From assembly GCA_040954595.2 (NCBI GenBank), contig CM082576.2:11907129-11971128 (forward strand): DNA of 64,000 bases, written 5' to 3'. A program made the translations under genes and the position numbers. Below are positions 49,502 to 61,026 of this stretch, piece after piece. The notes under the pieces were generated by a model. The model was not told the origin of the DNA. It did no database searches and saw nothing but the letters and a program-made list of their open reading frames with translations. Each line of letters starts with the position of its first letter. The first letter of the stretch is position 1. Origin of the DNA: Balanoglossus misakiensis. Its lineage: Eukaryota > Animalia > Hemichordata.

Positions 49502-50571
49502 TTTTTCCACCAAAAGACTTATTTACATTAAAAATCGACAGAACTGGGCCTAGGGCGTAAATCTCTCTATTGTTGACCAATTAATGCTGTCTAGCAAGAA
49601 GTAACAAGTCTAGTTCTCATTTCGGGGCCATGTCCGAGTCGAGATGAAGCCCTTCCTGGTGCGAAGAATCAAACCCTCAACAAGACGACACTGGTTATAC
49701 CGCTTTCGCGGCAGTCGATCTTCTGAGAACTATATCAGAGGCTTTTTAGCACATTCGTTGAAAAAATAACACATTTTCTCATTATTTACAAGATTAAAAG
49801 CTTTACACTTATAAAATACCCGACTAATCTACGGATTTGGCAAGGTGCGAGCGACCGACAGGTATTCATCGAAAACCGCTTGTATTTCACAATTTACTAT
49901 TTACACTCTAGAGTGACGTCATGTGTGTCACCACGAGACCCAGTGGTTTTGGTAGTTGGCAGCGTTGTTACTGCTTTAGGTTGGCATGTGTACTGGTATT
50001 TCTTGCGGAGCTTTGATTGATTGATTAATTGATTGATTGGTGTGATTGGAAGGAATGAAGAATTCCCAGTGTTGGTTCCGCCGTGCCATACTCGTATACC
50101 ATAACATATTCAATTCGAAGTTGTTGCATCAATCCACCATCACGAAAATTCTTGATGCCGAAATCGAAATTCGGCGTTTTCGAAAAGGCATCATTATATC
50201 GCCAGTTGCCACCACCGACGTCAGATTGCACTAGCTGCGGAAATCGGGACGACTTCATCAGTCACTGGACGTCATGATCAGACGAGACGTTTTTATGGCA
50301 TCTGGTTCATATTTCTCGGGGTGGATTATCGGGGAACGACCATTCAGCTAACTCCAGTGTGAAAATGCAATGTCGTGGCTCGAGAGGATTGTGCGGGATC
50401 AGCGTGGGCTTATCGTCTGTCAAATTTATCAAATAGAAAATTCATGCGACTGCTGTAGGCGTGAGGTGTGTAAAAGCAGTGTGGTAAAATTGCCTTTCGT
50501 CATGACACTAACATCTTTCCTGTGGTCGAACGGGGGTTTCTGTGTACTCTGGTAGAAAGGGCATCCAGATT

Positions 50572-52668
50572 TTATAAACACCCGCAAGCTTCAACGGCCA
50601 TGTCTTCGTATTTGCGCAGCACCACGTTGTCGTCATTGTCAAAGTAAAGCATGGAGATGGCCGACAGCTTGGTCGGCGCGCAACAGGCTTTGGATTTCAC
50701 TTTGCTGGGGTCGAACGAGTTGACCAGAGTTTGGATGATGGCGTGGTTGGTGCCGTTCAGGTTCTCGTTCAAGGGGAACGGGCAGTCGCCGTCGCAGTAG
50801 TAAGCCTCGTACCCGCTGGGAGCGATGATCCACTCCTGCCAACCGACATCCTTGAAGCTGACGTAGAACGGGTGGCGGTTGCAGGTTTCGGGTTGTTCGG
50901 GTTGCTTTTTTCGCTTGCCCCTGCCACCACCCGAGCTCTCGCGTTTGGCACGGTGCTCGCACTTGCTGTTGTCTTCGGAGACCACGAGGAGGATCGGTTG
51001 GTGGACGGCAAAGTCGGGGCACCATTCCCGGCCGCCGCTCTGCCCTACCACCGCGTTGCCAGTCTCACCTTCTTCTAGAACTTCGACGGAGAGGACAAGT
51101 CCGTGGTTCGACTCGGGATGGAGCCGCCAAGCTCGGACCGCGCTGACCAGATCGTACGGCCTCCAGTTCTTCTTGTTCCGCGGCAGCTCTCTCGACGCCA
51201 ACAATTTCAGCTTCTCGGCGGAGTCAGCGGAGTATGGCGAGTTCTCCGGCTTTGGACCGTCGCCCAGTATTTGGTAAAGCTTCACCGCGTACGAAATCCC
51301 GTCGTCAGACGCAGTCCAGCTTTCGGTGCCGCGAGAGAAGTCCAGGCGAATTTCGGCCGAATAGATTTTCTCCTCTCGCGGAATCGTGGAGACGTTGTAG
51401 AAAAGTCTGCGTCGGATACACGTCTCACGCTTAGCGCCTGTGTTGCCCGACAGCTTCAGTTTGGAACCTGTGGGTCAAATTAAAATCAACTTTTTAATTC
51501 ATGAAATATCGTAGACAAGGGTCAGGTTTGGGAAGTCAGGGGTTATGTTGATGACATCACATGACTCTTAAAACGTACGTCCCAGGACTTCGACCAAGTC
51601 CACCACAGCGTCATTGGTAATATATCAAATAAAAATTCTGCGTGCTTCGTAACTATATATAAAACACATCAAAATAAATCACTGTTGTTTCCAGAGCAAC
51701 ACATCCTAGAAATAGTAAAATGTTCGTCATCATTAAGTTGCTAATGCTCAAACATTTGTTGGAGGCCGTCTGGGTTGGTCAATTTCAATTTCAAATCGCT
51801 TGAAACGCGGCCAATCAGAGTACGTCAGACGACATGACACGGTGACTGGCGTGTCGAGGAGTTTGGTCGTTCATTTTCGGTCAATTACACGCGTTTCTAT
51901 TTCGATACGGGCCAAAAATAGTCCGTCTATCAATATATCTTTGTTTGCCATTTATGCAAACTAGTTAGCCACCGGGAGGACAGAGTGCAGAGGACAACGC
52001 ACACGACTGCCGGGGCAGAATGCGGACGGAAAACCCATGTACCGGGAACTCTAAATTCTGCTTTTTGATAAATGGTAAACTTGGGAACTGACGTGGCCAG
52101 CATGACTTATAGTGTCTGTACGGCGTAAAGTTATAAAAAAAAACTCCTGACACAGCAGTCGACGCATACTAGTATTTGGCAGTGTGAATTACCCTAACCG
52201 CGAACGGGATTTGTCAGATCACCAGTGTTTTCGTTAACCTCATTAACACCACGAAGAATTCCTCTATAAACGCACATCTCCACTGAATTTGATGTTGTGT
52301 GTGTTTTTGTTAGTGTGCACTGAATAAATGGAGGAAAAAAAGTGTAGAGTTTCATACTGACCTCGATTTGGGAAACTGCGAACGATGTTGCCGGGTATGT
52401 TACTGTCAACAAAGTGACATCTTGGACTATCTGATATCTGCTTCGTCTTCTCCACTTGTTCGTAGAGGTCCAGCATGTACTGGGGAACTTCGACGTTCGG
52501 CTTTGGACGTGGCCGCTCGCGCAGGCCCAGCGCGGCCAGCAGCCGCCTCTCCAGCTTCGCCGAGTCGACCAAGTTCGCCGACGACGCCAGGCTCGACGTA
52601 AGTAACACCAGCAGTAGTACAACCAGAAACTTTTGAATCATGATGCAATTACTCTTCGTGGCAGGCAT
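50572..52668 (-). CDS. univin: Univin (Vg1/GDF1/3-type TGF-beta ligand), ~400 aa; coding exons 52362-52668 and 50572-51467
   Basis: Signal peptide; prodomain ([30 protein letters not shown]); furin sites RAKR/RGKR; mature domain [120 protein letters not shown] and the position next to BMP2/4 are typical of univin/Vg1. Phase-1 intron 51468-52361. Confidence 0.88.
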
Positions 52669-54212
52669 GTCCGTCCAGACGGTTGCAATTTTCTCGCCTT
52701 CCCCTGATCCTGGTCACGGATCGCAGGATATGACGTAATAACTGGCAACACAGGTGGAGAGAGAGAGCGCGGGGTCGCTGGAAACTGGTCCTCTCGTTGC
52801 TACACAACCTCCCCCGAATTGTCAGAATCAATCAGCGTAAGGCACCGGAGAGTCAAAACACTGGTTGCACGTCGGTACCCGCTTCGAACAGGGACGTTGA
52901 CTGGTGGCCGTCTGCCCTGCAATGGCCCACTAGTTCAATGGATATAGCTATACAAACTGCCCCCAAGCTTAGCCTGCTTTAGCAAAGCTCATGAAATTCT
53001 AAATATCATTCCCTTTGTTTGTTTTCCGTCTTAGAAAGTCGACAGACACCAATATATATCCACCGTCTAATAAGGGTTTGCTGTCGCGTGATAGCGCGAG
53101 TGCGGATTTTCCCCAGAAATTGACCGCCGAATCCGCCGAGGGCACAAAAAAATCCCGTCTCTGTACGCGATACGATCTTCTTAGCGTCTCGATATCAATT
53201 AGTCGGTTAAAAACGGCGAGGTACCACAATCCTGCTCAGAAGGGGGACGCGAGCGAAGTCGGATGGAAGAGACTTTTGTAAAGTGGCGGCGTTTTTGGAA
53301 AAGAGTTGGCCCGGATCGATTCACACATGCTTTTCATGGCTCTGTCCTGGCACTGACACCGTCGCTGGTATTCAAGCCATTTGCATAAACGCTTTTGTTT
53401 CGCGAGGGAACATCTTTGGTATGCCAAGATGTCGCTGTGCAAAGTGCAGGGGCCCCAGTCGCCTCGTTCCTCTCACGCCAACCACCATTTCAACACAGCG
53501 CGAGGAACCCAGACCTTTTCTCTCAATGAAAACACAGTCGGTATTGTTCCCCTGTCTCTCCCTCTCTTTTTTTGTAAACAGCGCTCTGCTTGCTTTTTTT
53601 CTGCATTTGTTTTTGCCGTTAGAATTACCCTTCTCGAATAGGTCATGCCAATTTGGGCAATGGTTGAATGAATGATGAGGCGGCGAGCATAGAAATGGTA
53701 GGGCCTGCACACACTAAGCGTTGTTCGCGGGGAAAAAAGGCAGCGCAAACAACCGTCTGCAAAGTTAAAATGATGTAAAGAAGAACTAGACTTACTGGCA
53801 TCGATGGACTCTTGATGGGTCCTGAAGAACTCGTCATTTTAGCGCCGTTCTGAGGGAAATCTTGATGATTTTTCTGGGAGTCCGTTGCGTAGGGTTTCTT
53901 TGTCAGTCATTCACCAACTTGCAATTTCACGACCAAAGATAATTTGCATAATTGCACAGGTGGTCATGGCACTAAAAGCCACGCCGTTTGTTTCGAAGGG
54001 GGGCGTCGAACTTTATACATGTACGAGTATTTCAAAATGCTAAATAAATCTGTACGATTTTCTACCATTCTACCACTTCGGCTTACATGTGTACTTGAAT
54101 TTATCTTACAAGTGGTAAGCGCTTTATATCAGAAATGTCAGTCTGTACGATTTATTGATGTTGACGCTGCGCAACTCAAAATCTCGATTGTTCTTGTCTA
54201 TTTAGTTTCGCA

Positions 54213-54523
54213 CTGACTGATTGTTTGATTGCCTGACTGACTGACTGACTGACTGATTTCATTCATTCATTCATTCATTCATTCATTCATTCATTCATTC
54301 ATTCATTCATTCATTCATTCATTCATTCATTCATTCATTCATTCATTTATTCATTCATTCATTCATTCATTCATTCGTTCGTTCGTTCGTTCGTTCGTTC
54401 GTTCATTTATGCATTAAATCATTCGTCCATCCAACCATCCATCCATCCGTTTGTTCTCCCATCCATCAACTAATTTATTCACTCATTCGCCCATTCATTC
54501 AAACAACAACAACAACAACAACA
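54213..54523. repeat. Compound microsatellite (CTGA)n-(ATTC)n-(GTTC)n-(ATCC)n-(AAC)n
   Basis: Directly visible; the (ATTC)n run spans about 54258-54376. Confidence 0.95.
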
Positions 54524-57500
54524 ACTCTATTCATCAACTCATTTACTCAGTCATTGATATCAGGCAGGCGACTTCAGCCCATCCCAAGACAGACAATGAA
54601 AGAATACTCCATTTTGGCGCAACGTCATTTGAACAGAACAATCCGATCAAGTTACATGACTGTTTAGATTTCCACGCAATCAATACAGACACATTTTCAG
54701 ATGTTTCGACTTCCCTGGAAAGGAATCGACCACTCACTTACATCTCAATGATGATGTAGTATTAAAATGACTCAAACCAACCAAATCATCCAATGATGAA
54801 CATTATAAAGATGAAAACTGGCATCACTTGATTAAAAAACAACGAACCCTAAGAAATGAAATCGAATCCCGCATGTGTTTGTATGGAGGGAACATTAACA
54901 GAAATCCACTCAAAACGAACCAATACCCCAAAAATCAGACTATTCACGGTCACTTCAGATAAACATCGGGAGAAGAAGGGAGAATATCGGACACTTTTCC
55001 CTTTTTTTTTCCTGGGTGACATTATGGGTGTTTTCGGGGTAATGAATACTGTTTATTTAGAAGCACCAGCTGCCATGATAATAGCAGACATACGGGAGAA
55101 ACTGCGTAGGTCAAGATTAGCGTGACACCGGGGTCTCGCCAGGCCATCGATCAAATTCTAGCGGCTCCCCTATATCCACAATCATTTAGAGACCCTTAAC
55201 CCAATGTGCACCCAACATAAAAAGTGTCGCAATCTTTTATTGGCGGGTTTTCTTATCAACTCCAACGCTTCATCAAATTTCACTCGTCAATATGTTTATT
55301 TATGGGGTGAGGGTAATAAAAAAATGATCAACAGACACATGTACAACCGTACCGAAGGCGAGGAGTACTCCGAGAATAGAGAGAGAGCTAATCACACAAT
55401 TGCACTTAAGGTCGGGTATAGTAAATTATTCAAAAATATAGACTAGTACGTCTGGATATAGACTAGGAAGCGATATGATGCTGTGAAAGCCCCCCCCCCC
55501 TCTCCCCTTTTCATCGACGTGAATGCATCACTCGTCGCGATGTTTAGTCGGCGATAAGACGACGACGACAATGCTGATTGGCGGATGAATCTGGATTTGA
55601 CACCACCTTCAAAATACTGAATATTTGTCACGATTTTGTAATAATACGGACTGAACGGTTACTTCTATTTGATCGCGTTGACTATTTACACTGATGTCTT
55701 CTGTTTCTATTTTTACACACACGCCCGAACCAAAAATACCGCTATGCGTGACGGGGTTCAGTGCGGTGCCATCTGGCTGTGATGACGGGTGCACCGCGCG
55801 CAATCTGCACGTTCTTTTCCCGCAAAGAGCGAAGAAAGGACAGCGACGCGTCACGATCGACCCCGCTCTGAATTTATCGGGTGGGTTCTTTTTGATATAA
55901 TCGAAAAAATGAATCACATTACCAGACTGCTATCGAATGAATGAAATTTCTTTTGAACGCCTCAATGAAACAACGCGGCGGTCTCTCTGCTTGCACATTG
56001 TTGAAGTCGGCACATGATGTCAGCGATTGTATGAATGTGTCCTCATGCCTGAACCGAGACTTTGCGGCATCAATCACACTGTATCTTGTCACGGCGGCCA
56101 ATTGTGAGATCGGAGATCAGACCAACAAACATATCGTTTTACTTCGTAACCCTTATTCCATTGTGTTTTGGGGGGTAAGGATTCTATTATTTGCAATGGA
56201 AAACCCACAAAAATGGCTCCTCCCCTCATCTCTTGCTCCTGTGATAGCATCGAGAGCCCTTACGCCGTCTTAGATTTTCTTATTTTGTGCTGTATGCTCA
56301 GCCTCGCGATTTTGTAACATTAAACAAGAGAGAAATGAATATCTTTCTTATTAAGACAAAATTGATAATCGTAATCAAAGGATCGAGAATGTACAAAAAC
56401 ACAACTTTAAGCCGATCCAACTGCAGTGTTTTTGATACAACGAGAGGTGGACAGGATGTTGTCATCTGCAAAAATGCACCTTCGCGATGGCACATTGAAC
56501 GCACCTTCGCACGAATACCCACTGTTAAGTGCCTATGCTCTCCTCGAATTCGACGAAATGTCGAAAATGCTGAAATCTCGTCAACAGTTATTAAAACCCC
56601 CGCCACGACTCGATGAGATTAGTGGATTGCAGTTGTCGCTATCTTGTAAGTAACAAAATTTGATCATTATGCGGCATTATGCGAGAAATTATGAATGCTG
56701 TTCAGCTGACATGCTCTATACGCGGTTGATCATTTAGGACTCCCCATCCAGACTCTCCGTGTATGCTAGCATTGTATAGGAATGTTGTAGTTGGTGCAAT
56801 TTACATATAAAAAGTGTGTGTGTGTATCTAAAGGGGTTGCGAGTGGAATTTTAAAGGCAGGCGATCCAGAGTATTTCAGTTGAGCCGAACAATGTCAAGA
56901 CCCACGCGAAATACAAACTGGCAGTGAGGAGGATGGCAACCTCGCCTCCTTTAAAAAACAAAAAACCGACGGCGTTCATTTCACGCCACACCGGTCGGCG
57001 AATCGCATCATCGACACGTCCAAGCGGCGCGCGCAATACCTCCACTTTCTCGACTGAGGGCCAGGGCCTGGCAAAACATGCATGTGCAAAGATTAGAAGT
57101 TGGAATATGTTACATCCTAAGGAGAAAATCGGGATTATAGCAAATTCAAGCATATTTCTCTTAACGAATGCCCAATTGATCTTGGATTTGTCTCGGAATA
57201 ATTTATCCAAACTACGCCCAGCGCATGTCACAGTCAAGTTGATAATGTTAATGATACCAAAAAGTTGTCCAACGTCGTATTTTCTGCAGAAATGGTTGCA
57301 GCGTGTTATACGACTTTGGTTGGGGCAGGGGCATGTCTGAGATAATTTTCTAAACATTCTTTCTGTGTAAGAAAAAAAGATTTAAACAACCTGAACTACG
57401 TAAACAGACGACCATTCACCCGGTACCCTCCTCCGACAGATGTTAATCCTGTCCGTATTATGGAAGCCGGGCCCCAGTATCTTTTCTTGGCTTTGCGTTT

Positions 57501-60500
57501 TGTAGTAATTGTTTGCAACAGTCTTAACTATGACAAAATACAAATCTGTAACCATGGAAGGGACGTGGCTGTAAAACAGGACCGTAACTCCGCGGAGGAA
57601 AACAAATTATATCGAATAAAGCACCCTGGCTGTAATTGTAGAGTGTACGCTAATGTTGGAGACACACATACGAGTAGTTATATACTTTCACACGCTTACC
57701 GTGCTATCCGGGGACTAGCCAGTCTTCTAAAACAACCCCAAAGATTGTGCGAAGTGAGCAAATTGCACATCAACGGCGTCCATGGTAATGTGGTTGAAAA
57801 CAAATGAGCATCGCCTACACGCCGAAGACACATTAAGAGCGCCGGCCAAGCCAATCAGAATTAACCATGCAACTGTTACAGAACGAACAAATTTGCAAGC
57901 TACTTCCGAAAGTTTCCACGGTAGTAATCCAAGGTACACCTTTGATTTATTCATGCGACAGCACGGTTGATGTAATATATAGGCCCAGCCGACCGCACGT
58001 ACTAAGTATTGCTCTGTGTATTGTAAGCTTCCCTTGGAGCATGCACTGGTAATTAAAGTGTCATTTAGGCACTGACGTGGTTGGACATTTGCATAATTAG
58101 CAAATTAAGCACCCAATTGTTTCCCAATTAACTATATGACACGCTAAATTGCTCTGTGTATACAACAGATGCTTGTGTACAGTTCTACGCCGCATCCTGT
58201 CCAGGATGTCGACGACCATTATAGCGGGGCAGCCACGTGACTTGGTTTCTTTAAAAACGGGGTGGGAAAACTTTGGGATAAAATAGAGCAGAAAACAAGG
58301 CAGGAAAGTGCAGTTTCACGGCTATTATACATATCTGTACATTCATGTGTGAATGGAAACAGGCGTTCTTGAGTATAAGGAACACATTATCGCTCGCCTT
58401 TTCCCAAGAAATCGTGTAGTATACTAACCGTGTCCGAAATTATAATAGTGACCTATGCACAAAACTTTTTCGTCGTATGGGTTATAGTTGAAACCATGAT
58501 AGATAGATAGCGACCATCCTATTTTCTTTGAAATCGCCCTACAGGTGAGTTTGATGGCATTTCGGTTAAAATCAACACCACACCCGAGGTTGGCGAACTC
58601 GATATAGGGTCTGGTTTGAAGATGCCATCGACAGATGATTTTGTCTTTATCGAAATCGAAATTGTATGATTTTGTATTGATTCTGAGACCCTCCATAGCG
58701 ATATCGACTCTATAGTCTGAGAAAATCGAACTTTGGTTTTTAAAGGGGACGAAATTGTGCTCCGTTGCCACTTGTTGGGAGGAACACGTGGTTTGGCATA
58801 CAGTACGTGTTTCCGTTTCTGTGGTGACCAGACGCCGTCGCCATGACAGCTCCCGCTGATGAAGATAGGCGACCGATGTGACTGACTAAATATTCTCAAG
58901 CATATACACTTCACTGCGCGGATTTAAAGCGCTTTGGCAGGTCTGATCCCTTCTAATGCCACGGGAATGTGTCAACGACGTGTCGGGATGACGACCGCAT
59001 GAAGAGCGAGGTGTCGGTTCTCACGATCCGCCAAAAAACAACAAGTGATTGTGACCTTCTCGGTGATAAATCTGAGCCTTCCGTAAACAAAACAGCGATC
59101 AACAAAATCCTTCCGTCCGCCATATTTATGGCACATGTGTTTCAAGTGGACGGACAATATCCAGAACCCCCGTCTGAAGTCGTGGGGATTTCTCAACCTC
59201 TGCGCACTTTCAAAGAGTCACGGAAGCCTATAAAGGAACATCTCCCGAGTAAGCACTCGGTACTGGAATTTGGAGAAATGTAAACGTTGTCGAAATACTT
59301 CAACGGGTAAATATTATTACGCAATGATTACAACCAAACATCCCCCTGCTCATACCGACGTCAAGTAACGAGGCAGTTGATTTGGGGAAGATTGTCATGA
59401 AATGGCCATTAATCTTCGCCTGTCCAGTCATTATCGATCAGGGCGGTGACTATTAATCGATCATTAATTCCCATTACCTGTAAAGTTAGACGATGCACAA
59501 GTGTGGAAATCACACAGCATGGTTTAGGACCCCGGCGCTATCTTGCAAAGGGTTCCCGGTTGACAAGAAAAAGAAACACTCTGATAGAGAACAGGTAAAC
59601 AAGTCATTGAAATGTTTGTCTTGATTTGGAATTATGGCAAACTTTTTGAGCATGTGTCTGACAGACTTGACTCAGTTTTTTTCGGTATGCGGGGTGCTGA
59701 AAACAATATAAGGGTTGTTACACCATGCTTTGCATCATTCTTCCGACATGCAAATGGCAAATACATATATACATGGAGATGTATTAGTATATACACGGTT
59801 GCAAAAACCAGGCTTCGACCCAAAAGCCGGCCGGACCAGTACGTGAAAATCCGAGCGTGCTGGGAAGAACCCACACACCAGCCTCGTCACATGACCGCAC
59901 CACCAGGAAATAATAACTTAATGCGGGGTTCAATAACTCAGGGATGGACTGCCACGTAAATGCCACTTAATTGCGGCTTACTATGTTTTGGCAAGGTCCC
60001 CGCTCCCGCGGCTCAGAAGAGCTTAAAACCGATAAAGTCGACCCCCGAAACGTTATTAATTTTAGATGCTTTTCTGGCATATGTCACCCCACTTCCCCGG
60101 CTGAAGCAAAGTGACTTATATCGCCGATTCTCTCCGGAGATGAATAACCCAATCCGGTGCAGGGGAGAGCTATGTTTTGTTCCAAGGTTCTAATGCACCG
60201 GAATAATTGTTAACAGGAAATAGTGAAATGATCATAGGCGTAAACATTCGGGAGTTGATTATTTTAATGTGCTTATATGGACTGTCTCTGGGCCATGTCT
60301 AGTCATACCTATAGTAAGTCATAGCGTACGTAGCGTACAAATCAACGGGGTCTATACTCTAGCATGGGTATTTAGGCTCAGATCCTGCTTACACGATATC
60401 GTGATAGTGCATACCCGATTGAGCACCCCCTGCGTGGGAGGAGGGTACGTGTGCGACGGGAAGCGCCGAACCAGTAGGACGCACCGCCAATGCGACTTTA

Positions 60501-60979
60501 ATTGCAAATCGCAGTCCTGTAAAATACTCCACGTTCTGAAATGATAATTAAACGAATTACTATTGCTGCGGAGGTCTTTAGTTTCCGTTTTGAAGCACTC
60601 TGATCTTGGGGGGGGGGGGGGGAGTGAAACACGATAGTTGCTTGTTGGGTGGAAACCTAAAGGGGGCATTGTCCGTCGGCGGAGCTTGCCAACAGGTGTT
60701 TCGTGCTTGTGTCTGTGCATATGCATAGGGGCTGTGGCATCGGACGTGAAATTTTGGCGAGAGAGAGAGAGAGGAGAGCCTAACGATATCTGCCCAGGGA
60801 GGTGTGAAATCATCGGAGTGACAGACCGATGGATCATATCTCACTCTACGAGTCGTTAGCAGCGATAATTGCCGACGCTGTATCTGCGCGAAAATCTTGA
60901 TGGGGGACGCCGATAAGGCCTGTAACTTGTCAAGTGGGCGATTAAAAGACCATGCAGATTATAAGAGAAAAACAACACC

Positions 60980-61026
60980 GAGAGAGAGAGAGAGTGGTCG
61001 ATTTTCTCTCTCTCTCTCTCTCTCTC
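60980..61026. repeat. (GA)n followed by (CT)n, forming an inverted dinucleotide repeat
   Basis: GAGAGAGAGAGAGAG-TGGTCGATTTT-CTCTCTCTCTCTCTCTCTCTC. Confidence 0.8.

Noticed and set aside
56851-57357. 168-aa and 138-aa overlapping ORFs, checked as a possible extra univin paralogue or transposase relic
   Set aside because: No cystine-knot, prodomain or DDE motifs; non-ATG starts.
58424-58771. 115-aa minus-strand ORF with protein-like composition upstream of univin
   Set aside because: No recognisable domain, no convincing splice partners, and length within chance expectation.
37901-59755. About eight perfect octamer motifs (ATGCAAAT/ATTTGCAT) across the BMP2/4-univin domain
   Set aside because: The motif is similarly frequent in the first 22 kb and inside repeat-like sequence, so it is not locus-specific without a genome background.
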